In this document: piece after piece, positions 8,874-17,475 of the stretch | Layout: each line of letters opens with the position of its first letter | Position numbering within the stretch: position 1 is the stretch's first letter | IMG/VR virus record: IMGVR_UViG_3300000976_000006 | Location: 1-43,146 of that record | Direction: 5' to 3' (one strand) | DNA: 43,146 nt | Origin: a virus | Notes under the pieces: model-generated | What the model saw: the letters and a program-made list of their open reading frames with translations, nothing else | The model's database searches: none | Told to the model about the DNA's origin: nothing | Made by a program: the position numbers and the translations under genes

Positions 8874-9620
8874 ATTAATAACGTTTCGGGTTCTTTCGAT
8901 TCTAACTTTGTTGGCTGCGACCCTTTTTGCTCGAGCGGTATCGGTTCCTTTAGTTACAATTACTGTTTCAGCTCTTCGAAGTGCGTTTAAGAACTCATTG
9001 TTTCTAAGTAGTGACGACGGGTCCCTAAGTGCTCTCACTCTCGCAAATAGGCCATCAACAAAGTTCCTGCTTCGAAGTCTTTGTGAGGAAAAGTTTATTA
9101 TAAAACTCTCGTTTCTTGTGACCTGGCTGGTTGTTAAGGATGCTATTAGCATTCCCGAGTCGCGATACTCACCCACGCCACCAGGTAAGAACAGGCCCTT
9201 GTTTTCGCCCCTGGTTAGCGTATAGAGCTTAATAGCTCTGGCTTTTGCGGCTGGCGATCCTGATGTTATTGCTTTCCTATATCGACTTCTCCTTGCAAGA
9301 GTTTCAGCAAAGGACGGATCTTCTGGGCTTCTTTGCGGGATGTCCCTGATTTGTTGTTTTATAATATTCTCAATTGCCTTAGCAGGGCCACGACCTAAAA
9401 CTTCATCGGAAAGAGTGATGACCAAAGGTTGGGCGTCGATTCTAATAGAAAACTGCGCTGGTCCATTGCTTCCGTTTTGATTTCTTCTTTGGCGGGCTAC
9501 GAACCTTGACCCTCTGCCATAGTCGTAAAGCGTGATGGTTCTGGGTGGTCTGTTGTTTGGCACTTGTCGAATCGTTTTCTGACAATCCTGGGAAACCTTG
9601 GTTGCCCACTCTTGTACCAA
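8847..9620 (-). CDS. hypothetical protein (up to 257 aa), Arg-rich
   Basis: Last ORF of the early-right operon. The TTG start at 9620 overlaps the ligase by 124 nt, so the true start is unresolved (GTG 9563 is possible). Confidence 0.5.
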   Translation of the reverse strand: MVQEWATKVSQDCQKTIRQVPNNRPPRTITLYDYGRGSRFVARQRRNQNGSNGPAQFSIRIDAQPLVITLSDEVLGRGPAKAIENIIKQQIRDIPQRSPEDPSFAETLARRSRYRKAITSGSPAAKARAIKLYTLTRGENKGLFLPGGVGEYRDSGMLIASLTTSQVTRNESFIINFSSQRLRSRNFVDGLFARVRALRDPSSLLRNNEFLNALRRAETVIVTKGTDTARAKRVAANKVRIERTRNVINLFRGFFSF

Positions 9621-10387
9621 CCATTGTATCTCACTTCGACAACATCGTTGGGGATTAATTTCTTACCAATGCACGAGACAAGGAACTCGCAGCCGAAGGT
9701 CTTAACAAGTGCTGTCTTGGTGCCGGCGCTCAAAACAAGGCAATCCATATTGTCTTCGGGTTTTAGTTTTCGCTTCCCTCCTCGTTGGCCCATCATCGCA
9801 TCCATATTGCAAATCACAGCGCCTTCGATTTGGTCAGCTTGAGCCTGATCCCACAAGTCAGAGACGGTCTGGATTCCAGAGGTCTGAACTATAGGGAATC
9901 GCCTAAAATCCATGGGCACATTGCTCACAAACTTGTTATTATTCACGTCTCGCAAGCATCCCCTGAGGTCTCGCCTGACCTTTGCATTTGGATTTCGCTC
10001 GCCAAACCATTTTATATTATCAGGATTGGCAATCTCAGCCTGACCTCGGTGCAGTGCGTCAAGCCGGTCGCGGTATGGAGCATCCATCGTGATGTCAAAG
10101 AGGTGTATCAATGCATAACCGCGCTCGATTGCGTCCTGGTTGCCTCTTTCAGTGTGGCCCTCAAGTTCCCCGTGGAACTCGGCTTGCCCATTGAATATCT
10201 TTACGCCCCTAAAGTCGTGGTCCAAAGAGCGCCCGGTCCTGGAAAGGATTTGTTTTATCTCACCTTTCTTGTTTGTAAGCACACTTACATACATCCCGTC
10301 TTTCTTCTCCTGGACCCTGTACTTCTTAGGGTTCAGGGAAAGGGCCTTCATGATGTCAATCCGGCCCTTTGCTCCTGCGTATCCCAT
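9497..10387 (-). CDS. lig: ATP-dependent DNA ligase (296 aa)
   Basis: Nucleotidyltransferase motifs: I QEKKDGMY (KxDG), III EFHGEL, IIIa LIHLFDI, IV EGAVICN, V KRKLKP, and OB-domain motif VI RFPRIVRKRFDK. ATG 10387 overlaps the upstream stop (TAATG). Confidence 0.85.
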   Translation of the reverse strand: MGYAGAKGRIDIMKALSLNPKKYRVQEKKDGMYVSVLTNKKGEIKQILSRTGRSLDHDFRGVKIFNGQAEFHGELEGHTERGNQDAIERGYALIHLFDITMDAPYRDRLDALHRGQAEIANPDNIKWFGERNPNAKVRRDLRGCLRDVNNNKFVSNVPMDFRRFPIVQTSGIQTVSDLWDQAQADQIEGAVICNMDAMMGQRGGKRKLKPEDNMDCLVLSAGTKTALVKTFGCEFLVSCIGKKLIPNDVVEVRYNGWYKSGQPRFPRIVRKRFDKCQTTDHPEPSRFTTMAEGQGS

Positions 10388-10686
10388 TAACAGCCGCCGC
10401 AGGATTGGATTAACCCACTTGGCCGCTGGCAAACACCTGGCTGATCAGCGAACTCTCTACATTCGCCACATATTCTCTCTGTTCTGCAGCTATTGCTAAC
10501 AATGTTGCACTCCGGCGGATTGACACATTCGTCCTCGGTGCAGATCTCTTCAACCCTAACCAGAGAGTCGCAGTAGCCCGAGAAGAGTGCGTCTTCTGCG
10601 GCCTGTTTTTCGGCCTCTTCGTCAGTACAAGAGCCTCCAAAAGAAATACAAACAACCAACCCCAGTAACATCCCTAATTTCCTCAT
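10387..10686 (-). CDS. secreted (possibly lipidated) cysteine-rich small protein (99 aa)
   Basis: MRKLGMLLGLVVCISFGGSC is a signal peptide. The mature part has 11 Cys in about 80 aa and starts with the acidic CTDEEAE. An AAGGA RBS lies upstream of ATG 10686. The 54-codon N-terminal extension in the track carries no signal and was dropped. Confidence 0.65.
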   Translation of the reverse strand: MRKLGMLLGLVVCISFGGSCTDEEAEKQAAEDALFSGYCDSLVRVEEICTEDECVNPPECNIVSNSCRTERICGECREFADQPGVCQRPSGLIQSCGGC

Positions 10687-10709
10687 AATTCGTCCTTTTT
10701 CTATGTGTT

Positions 10710-11173
10710 TTGGTGGAAAAACATTGACAGTACCATTAGTTCCTAAAGTTCTTGACAGCGTTTTTGAACGATATTCCTTGACAGCGTAAGTACCTATAGG
10801 CTGGTCCGGTATGCTTGGTGGAAAAGTCAACTTAAATAAGCATATCACAGGTGTATTTCAGCGCCTAGCACTCTCTGTGTGCGGAAAAACGCAAAAAAGT
10901 GGTGTATTTTCACGAATTTACTTGACTTTTGCCCGCGGCGCCACCCTCCTCAGGTAAAAAACCCGTCGGATCAGAAACGGGTGGGGGCCAATAAAATCAT
11001 ATACTTATACGATAGACTGCATACTTCTTGACACGCTCACGTGCTGTGTAGCGCCCTAGGTTGACCGCTAAAGCGTCAAGGATAATCGTATTTGAATTGC
11101 CGATTTGACAACGCTGCCTAAATGGCAAATGGTGACCACCTAGCAGCCTGCAGGATCGTCAAGGGTAATCGTA
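10710..11173. repeat. cluster of short repeats in non-coding DNA
   Basis: TTGAC occurs 10 times: on the plus strand at 10724, 10752, 10778, 10922, 11028, 11061 and 11105, and as GTCAA at 10826, 11075 and 11158. Other repeats: CTTGACAGCGT x2 (10751, 10777), TTGGTGGAAAA x2 (10710, 10815), GGTGTATTT(T)CA x2 (10850, 10901), and CGTCAAGG[A/G]TAATCGTA x2 (11074-11090, 11157-11173). Confidence 0.9.
10956..10982 (-). terminator. Rho-independent terminator ending the fibre module transcript
   Basis: The minus strand reads ACCCGT-ttctgatccg-ACGGGT followed by TTTTT. It lies about 240 nt downstream of the stop at 11219. Confidence 0.6.
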
Positions 11174-11184
11174 GCAGGCTGCTA
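11141..11184. other. 11-bp perfect stem (TAGCAGCCTGC / GCAGGCTGCTA) with a 22-nt loop that carries one copy of the 17-nt repeat
   Basis: Read directly. No T-run follows on either strand, so it is not a canonical terminator. Confidence 0.5.
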
Positions 11185-11218
11185 GAGGGCTCCAAATTAT
11201 GATGCCACAAGCGTAGGC

Positions 11219-11770
11219 TCAGCCATTCTTAAGGTCAGAGATGTCATCTTGTAGCTGCAGAAGCTCTATCTGCACCTCTCCAACGACTGTCTGTAGGTCT
11301 TGCAGTTCACGAGAGATAGCATCGTCCTCCTCATTGCTGCCACCCACCACAAGGCCACCAGATTGCTCTATTGCCTCGGTAAGTTGAGCATCACGAGCAA
11401 CCAGGGCTGCAAGCTGCGTGTCATAGCGCGCAATCTGTGCCTCTACATCAGCACGTAATCCTGCGATGTTCTCGACGTTTGCTGCCAGCTTCTTATCAAT
11501 GCCATCAATACGCACTGTTAGCTCCTTGGTAGTGCGATCGATGTTCTTCTTATTCTCCTCAACCTTAGCCGTTAGCGCTTTTATGTTGCCATACTGTTGC
11601 CTGACAGCGTTCGCCACAACCGCAACCATCTCAGTATTAGTTATGCGTTTGTCTGTTGCTAGCTCCGGCATGATAGCCGCCGCACTTGGTGGGTCAATAA
11701 ATATCTTCCTGCCATCGATAAGTATCTCGAGTTGAAGAAGTTCTTTTAACCCGTATTCTAATTCAGCCAT
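11219..11770 (-). CDS. coiled-coil protein (183 aa), possible fibre assembly/accessory protein
   Basis: Heptad-rich sequence. The start overlaps the stop of the 1556-aa gene by 1 nt. Confidence 0.55.
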   Translation of the reverse strand: MAELEYGLKELLQLEILIDGRKIFIDPPSAAAIMPELATDKRITNTEMVAVVANAVRQQYGNIKALTAKVEENKKNIDRTTKELTVRIDGIDKKLAANVENIAGLRADVEAQIARYDTQLAALVARDAQLTEAIEQSGGLVVGGSNEEDDAISRELQDLQTVVGEVQIELLQLQDDISDLKNG

Positions 11771-14700
11771 TATGGTTTAACTCCTATCGCTTGCCAGTCG
11801 ACTACTGATGCAGCCAAAGAACTCCCGCTATCGTTACTTGTTACGATAACGCAACCAGTAGTTGACTTGCTGGTTATTCTTATGTCTCGGTCGTTCTGGT
11901 TTATAGTCCTTTGCGTTACTATCGAATACGCTGTGTCTGCAAAAGGCATAGGAAATGTAATAGCAGTACCCGACGTCGTAGACGTAGCAACATTGCCAGC
12001 CCATTGCATTCGCGTATTGCCAATATCGATATAACCCGAGGATGATTGGTCATCAACCAAAGTATCTCCAGGAGTAATCGCGGTCACGGTACTAGATGGG
12101 AGTTCTCTTATAATCGCCGTTGCGTTTCTTAACGTACTATCCGAACTGTTCACCGAACCCAGCTGGAGCTGAATCGTGCTATTTGCTGGCAACGGACCTT
12201 CCCAAACGATGTTTAGCGGAGTTGTGACTTCAGTGTTTATTGCATTTGCTGTTGAGCGAACAACTTGTGCAACTCCATTAACCAGCAATATATTCGAAAC
12301 AGCATCGTTATCGTTGTTCCAAATATCAATTCCCAGCTCAACCCTTGCAAGCGCCATATCTTTGTTCGGCGTTGTGATGGTGTCCACAGAGGTCAAAAAC
12401 CCTCCGCTATTTCGCTCATGCGCTTTAGTTGCCCCCCAATTCACAAGGTCCCCATTGGAATCCCAGTCAGTCTGATCAGTTTCAATGGCACAGAAGTAAC
12501 TAGCAAGCGATGCAGGCACAACCATCCCCGCCAAAACAGCTTGAGTGGTTGGTAGCTCCTTTACGTTAAAGGTGCTCTGGGCAGCTAATACCGTGAACGA
12601 ACCAGCGTTTGAACCGGCAATATCTACGCGAACAGTCTTAGGTCCGGTTGTTTCAATTATTACTGTCTTTGAGGAGCAGCCACGGGTTGTAACGTTTCCG
12701 ACACTGCCATTGAACGACCGATGTACTTTTGTAAGATAAGTTAAACTTCCTGGAATTATTACACCATCGGTCACGTCCCAGATCCTAGCAACCGGAGATC
12801 CAGATTGCCCACCGCCTGTCACTACACCGTTTGTGCCTATGTCAAAGCTAACCTCCCATGTTCCCGCATACGGTATGTCAATTGAAAAATCAAGAAGCTG
12901 CGCCCACGCGGCCGCTGGTGCCTGAGACGCCCCTGATCCAACCTTGTCTTCATAGAACAAATCGCTTTGTTCAGCTGCCCCAATAACGGCAACTGTCCAG
13001 CCACCTGCAATTTCTGACACCATGAATTGAGTGCCAGCGGGATAATTCGAAAACAAGAACGTTCCATCGACTACACCGTTTAACGTGTCGAGGTTCCACT
13101 CAACACTTAGCTCCGCAGTATTTGTTACGTCGATATTCGTGTAAAGAAAAACTCTATCAGTCGCGGGAAACACTGCTGTTGGAAGCACAAAGGCTTCAGC
13201 GCCTCCACTCGTATCGACCGGCCTTTGGATAAATAGCTCATGGTGATGAGTCTCATCTAGAACCCAAGAAGAGAAGGTTCTTTGAAAAGTAACCTCGGCA
13301 CCCTCCGGCAAATCGTTCGCGTCAAAGTCGAAAGAAGCTGAGCCTGCGATGTTTTCGCCGTCGCCATTGATTATGAGGTTACCTGCACCCTCACGCTTAA
13401 ATCGAATGTGAGTCCCTATCGGCACATCCGTCGTCTTAACCATCGTAACGGTTCCGGCACTGCTTGATCCAAAATGGACTTCTCGCGCAGTCTTATCCAC
13501 GCTCTCACCGTCCGAGATGGCCTGAAAGTCTCCCGTTGCTGCCGCTGTGTTTCTCGCGAAAAGCAATCGCCACACCGGGTTGGTTCCTCCTGTGTTGTCT
13601 TGTTCAAGAGTAAAAAACAACTCGGTACTCCTGCCTGCAGTGACCGTGACGTTGGACATGGCGGTTGTGCCATCCACATCCGTAAACTCAGATTCAAAAG
13701 ATGTCACGGCATTGACAGTGTTGTCGTTCACAATCTCTAGACGCATGAATCGAAACTTGTCTGATGATGTGAACCCTGGATTCTTTACTATTTGAGCAGC
13801 TGAAGTTACATACCTAAGCCGGTGTGCTTCATTTAAACCTGAGAAGGTCAAGTCAGCATCGGTCGCGACCTTTGAGGCTTCGACGTCTGCAACAAGTCCA
13901 CCTAGTTGCCATTTTTCATTGCTCGTCAGTCCGAAGACGCCAGTCCCATCATATCGACCAAACTTAATCATGGATGAGCTGGTTGCATTGTTGATGGTGT
14001 CGGACTGCTCGATGGTTAAAGGAAAACTAAGCGTTGCATTTTGGCCTGACGGATCAAATGTAATGACGCAATAGTGACCACTTTCGAGAGTCCATGGAGG
14101 CGTAGCCAACAACGCCTGTTTCAAGTCACAACTCAATGTTCCCGTTAAACCGTCGGCAATACTGATAGGTGTTATCCCAGCCCCTGACTGGTTATTATAA
14201 ATAATCATCTGATTTGCTTTTCCGGCCTCGAAAAACAAATCATCCGTTATGGTGACAGTTATCAGAGATGCGGTGCCTTCGTAACTTAGAATCGTCACGC
14301 CTGCTTGCGTCGTTGTCGTATTAAATGCTGTGTTTGAAGTTGAGACGCTGTATGCAGGTGCGCTAACGCCTGCAGTTGCAGCCACGTATGGATAATCCAT
14401 ATCCATGTCAATGATGTTGAGTGAACCGATGTTTGCGAATCCTGGGGTCGTGCTCCCCTGTGAAGTGAATACCGGATAAAGTTGCCAAGATGTTGTTGCG
14501 TTGGCTGACTCATACTTAAGGATGACTTGGATTGTGTGCTCTGTGATTATCTTATCAACAAGAGTCGGTGCGTTCTCGCCTGCAGTTATATTTGTTAATA
14601 GGTCTCCAGTTTCAGTATCAACAATCGCATCAGTTTGACCTGCTGTCGTTATCTGCCTCAGGCCGAATGTGAAAGACCCATTAGGTTTCTTAATAAACCT

Positions 14701-16440
14701 AAACTTTACGTACTGAGTATTTGTTGAAGCAAGATTCTCAGTACTCTCCATCCAAAACCAAGCACCATTGTCTGCGTCTTCAAGTTTTGTTGTTGCGTAT
14801 CCTTCCACGATTTCTTCTACAGGCTCAAGCCCTGAGTTGGGACCGCCGCCACTCAATGTGTGAACCCATTGACTTAGCTCAAGGTAAGTATCGGAGGTCG
14901 GGATAATTTCCGGCACCTCTTCGCTTTTGTAGAGAAATACCCAGTTACTGACACCGTCGTTGATTAAGCAACATTGGCCACCTGCTGGTATTGTTACAGG
15001 TCCAGTTTGTCCATTAATTGTATCGGTCCCATTCGCTTCAACCTCGAAAGAGTTAACCCCGGAAACCTCGACAATCTGAACAGGATAACCTTTGCTCGTA
15101 AAAGCTCCTGTATTAATCTGAAACAAACTGATCTTAACGCTGCCAGCTGTTGTATCGCAGACCCGAACGTTCTCCTGTGTTTGAATACCACTATCTGTGG
15201 TAACGGGCGCTGTTGTGTAGTTATAGCGAACCGATTGAAACCCGAACGCATCTGAGAAGGCTCCACCCATGGCTGGCTGGTTGTCTGAGTAGTTTGAGTT
15301 TTGATAGTTCTCAACAAACACACCGGTGCCGTTTCGAATGGTGGTGTCGTTTAGATTTCCACCATAAAGCCTAAGGAGTAGGAGTGCGTTTGCACCCAAA
15401 TCAATAACCTCCTCAGACCCCGCAAATCCCCAGCCTGACCTCTCGTAAAATTCTGCAACAACAAAACTGCCTGGCCCCAGCGCCTGAGCGTCAATAAAAG
15501 CTGCAGCACCAAAGTTAGACACCTCTGCCGCACCCTCGAACCTAAACGTGGCGCCGTTTCCAGCCTGTATAACTGGCGTTGCTGTCGCAGAGTTAATGAT
15601 TCGAACGTCATCGTAAACAAAAGGTCCATTCTGAAAGACAGTACCTTCTGTGATTGTCATCTCAGCAAAACCGGTTGAGTTGACTAGGTTTGAAATAGCC
15701 GACAACCTTCTAACTCCTTCAAAATCATATGTACCTGGAACGGTTGAAGTTGAGCCCGCTGTGTCATCGATGATGACTTCAAATGAACTGTTACCAGATG
15801 TTCTCTCGATAGCTAATTGAGCGGTTAGGTCTGCAAGCAGATCGAATGTTGCAGGACCGTTAAGACCGCTTCCTGGTTTCCATGTGAACACCTGAACTGC
15901 ACCATCGCCTGGTGGACTGTAGACTAGCTCAGCATTGCCAAGGTTGTCGATATGATAAACATGTGTAGGCACACTAGTTGCTACTCCGTCACCAGTGTAG
16001 AGACCCATCGTGTTCTTGATACCTTGTGCAGTGACATAGGTTTGGATCTCACCCAGTGTTGGATTCGCAACATCAGTAGCTCCAACTGGTCCCGATGGCA
16101 GGTGCGTTTGGCTTTGCTCGTGAGACAGGCCATCTGCAATTCGCTCGTAAGTAACGGAAGGTGTATCAGCCAATACGAAATACATCGCCCAGGTGTTGAT
16201 GCCAACATCGGTGTCCGCTGTTGCGTCGGCTACATAAATCAAGTCGCCTTTCTTCAGGGTCGTCAACGCATCGCGAGATGCAATGTCAGCAACCTGATGA
16301 TGTGAAATCTTGATGAGGTCAAGCACTCGTCCCTGATTGGCAGCGAGTGCATCGGTAGTTGATGTGGAAACTAAGTTGTTGACTACTGTCGAAGGTGGCC
16401 CACCGCCACCACCGTTAAAGCCTTGCCCTCCGAAACCCAT
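11770..16440 (-). CDS. large tail fibre / receptor-binding protein (1556 aa)
   Basis: Gly-rich N-terminus followed by NLVSTSTTDALAANQGRVL, a motif common in phage fibres. Long Thr/Ser/Gly/Asn-rich beta-type sequence. The C-terminal ...VDWQAIGVKP resembles distal fibre tips. Confidence 0.7.
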   Translation of the reverse strand: MGFGGQGFNGGGGGPPSTVVNNLVSTSTTDALAANQGRVLDLIKISHHQVADIASRDALTTLKKGDLIYVADATADTDVGINTWAMYFVLADTPSVTYERIADGLSHEQSQTHLPSGPVGATDVANPTLGEIQTYVTAQGIKNTMGLYTGDGVATSVPTHVYHIDNLGNAELVYSPPGDGAVQVFTWKPGSGLNGPATFDLLADLTAQLAIERTSGNSSFEVIIDDTAGSTSTVPGTYDFEGVRRLSAISNLVNSTGFAEMTITEGTVFQNGPFVYDDVRIINSATATPVIQAGNGATFRFEGAAEVSNFGAAAFIDAQALGPGSFVVAEFYERSGWGFAGSEEVIDLGANALLLLRLYGGNLNDTTIRNGTGVFVENYQNSNYSDNQPAMGGAFSDAFGFQSVRYNYTTAPVTTDSGIQTQENVRVCDTTAGSVKISLFQINTGAFTSKGYPVQIVEVSGVNSFEVEANGTDTINGQTGPVTIPAGGQCCLINDGVSNWVFLYKSEEVPEIIPTSDTYLELSQWVHTLSGGGPNSGLEPVEEIVEGYATTKLEDADNGAWFWMESTENLASTNTQYVKFRFIKKPNGSFTFGLRQITTAGQTDAIVDTETGDLLTNITAGENAPTLVDKIITEHTIQVILKYESANATTSWQLYPVFTSQGSTTPGFANIGSLNIIDMDMDYPYVAATAGVSAPAYSVSTSNTAFNTTTTQAGVTILSYEGTASLITVTITDDLFFEAGKANQMIIYNNQSGAGITPISIADGLTGTLSCDLKQALLATPPWTLESGHYCVITFDPSGQNATLSFPLTIEQSDTINNATSSSMIKFGRYDGTGVFGLTSNEKWQLGGLVADVEASKVATDADLTFSGLNEAHRLRYVTSAAQIVKNPGFTSSDKFRFMRLEIVNDNTVNAVTSFESEFTDVDGTTAMSNVTVTAGRSTELFFTLEQDNTGGTNPVWRLLFARNTAAATGDFQAISDGESVDKTAREVHFGSSSAGTVTMVKTTDVPIGTHIRFKREGAGNLIINGDGENIAGSASFDFDANDLPEGAEVTFQRTFSSWVLDETHHHELFIQRPVDTSGGAEAFVLPTAVFPATDRVFLYTNIDVTNTAELSVEWNLDTLNGVVDGTFLFSNYPAGTQFMVSEIAGGWTVAVIGAAEQSDLFYEDKVGSGASQAPAAAWAQLLDFSIDIPYAGTWEVSFDIGTNGVVTGGGQSGSPVARIWDVTDGVIIPGSLTYLTKVHRSFNGSVGNVTTRGCSSKTVIIETTGPKTVRVDIAGSNAGSFTVLAAQSTFNVKELPTTQAVLAGMVVPASLASYFCAIETDQTDWDSNGDLVNWGATKAHERNSGGFLTSVDTITTPNKDMALARVELGIDIWNNDNDAVSNILLVNGVAQVVRSTANAINTEVTTPLNIVWEGPLPANSTIQLQLGSVNSSDSTLRNATAIIRELPSSTVTAITPGDTLVDDQSSSGYIDIGNTRMQWAGNVATSTTSGTAITFPMPFADTAYSIVTQRTINQNDRDIRITSKSTTGCVIVTSNDSGSSLAASVVDWQAIGVKP

Positions 16441-16718
16441 TATCCGTTCCTCAATACGACTTGAAGCGTTTCACCTGGCACAGCGACACCGCCTTGAATT
16501 CGCGTGTAAATCAATTCTTCGTTTAAAGCCTGCTCGTTAAATATTCCACCAGCTGGCAATGTAAGCGCTACGTCTGTTCCATTGTAGCTAATCTCAACAG
16601 TCGAACCGCTGTTGTTTGAGTACGAAACAAAGTGATACCTGTATCCAGTATCAGTCTTAACGAAGGCCACGTTTGCGCCAAAATCTATATTCAACTCTTT
16701 ATTAATTCTATTAGTCAT
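16440..16718 (-). CDS. hypothetical small beta-rich protein (92 aa) preceding the fibre gene
   Basis: ATG 16718 overlaps the rusA TGA (ATGA). The stop overlaps the fibre ATG (TAATG). Confidence 0.5.
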   Translation of the reverse strand: MTNRINKELNIDFGANVAFVKTDTGYRYHFVSYSNNSGSTVEISYNGTDVALTLPAGGIFNEQALNEELIYTRIQGGVAVPGETLQVVLRNG

Positions 16719-17188
16719 ATTTTCCACCCCTTCATGGATTCTTCCATATCTTCCCTTGTTGTTTTCTTTGCCCTTATCCAGACACCTGTCGACTTGGCAG
16801 ACTCTGCATAGAATTGAGCGACCCTTTTAATTACAATCCTCGAATCATTGTCCATGACGCCACCCTTTTCCATGCCGTCAAAAACCCCTCTGCAAAGCTT
16901 GTCGATGTCTGGAGCAACACAAGGCAACTTATCTTCCGCCGACCGCAGGACACCAGAAACACCATAGTGACCCCTGGGTCTTTTCATGAAGAAAACCAGC
17001 CAAACTTCAAGAGGTGCGTCTTCAAAAGGCTCCTTGTTAACCATCTCAATCTCACAAGCTTTCCTTACCGCAGCCTGCCATCCAACTAACTTTTTGCATG
17101 ACTCGAACCAGCCGCCATTTCTTGTGCGTGTACCGGAACCTTTTGGTTTCGGATTACCTTTAACGAATATGTCGAACTCTTTAATCAA
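16715..17188 (-). CDS. rusA: RusA-family Holliday junction resolvase
   Basis: N-terminal GNPKPKGS and catalytic-region pattern PDIDKLCRGVFDGM...DNDSRIV. 157 aa. Confidence 0.8.
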   Translation of the reverse strand: MIKEFDIFVKGNPKPKGSGTRTRNGGWFESCKKLVGWQAAVRKACEIEMVNKEPFEDAPLEVWLVFFMKRPRGHYGVSGVLRSAEDKLPCVAPDIDKLCRGVFDGMEKGGVMDNDSRIVIKRVAQFYAESAKSTGVWIRAKKTTREDMEESMKGWKI

Positions 17189-17475
17189 ATATCACAACCT
17201 TTGCGCAAATCTTTTTGCATTTGGTTAAGACCCATATAAACGACCGTGTCGTCTTCTTCTTCAAGCATTTCGTAAATCCAATCATTAGAAACGATTTTAG
17301 TTTTCGTTAATTTCCCATGCTCTTCTTGCCCTTTGAGGATTCTCACCGCAAGTCGACCCCAGAGCACTCGCTCGTATCTCCCCATGAGACGCCACGCATC
17401 TATGAATGGGCCGACCTCTGGATAGTCTAATTTTTTAAGAAGTTTATAAATTTTCCCCACAAAACCCATGACCAA
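17185..17475 (-). CDS. hypothetical protein (96 aa)
   Basis: ORF in the operon with a 4-nt overlap to rusA. Confidence 0.5.
   Translation of the reverse strand: MVMGFVGKIYKLLKKLDYPEVGPFIDAWRLMGRYERVLWGRLAVRILKGQEEHGKLTKTKIVSNDWIYEMLEEEDDTVVYMGLNQMQKDLRKGCDI

Noticed and set aside
9785-10390. 201-aa plus-strand ORF antisense to the DNA ligase. Similar antisense ORFs include 3908..4441, 36902..37486, 40494..41078, 33598..33999
   Set aside because: They are antisense to well-supported genes with clear motifs or synteny. They have low-complexity or Ser/Leu/Arg-rich composition typical of reverse-frame artefacts, and no RBS.
10811-10957. 48-codon plus-strand ORF (MLGGKVNLNKHITGVFQRLALSVCGKTQKSGVFSRIYLTFARGATLLR) in the non-coding region
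   Set aside because: It has no RBS. Its sequence is largely dictated by the GGTGTATTT repeats, and it runs into the terminator hairpin of the opposite strand. It is probably not a gene.
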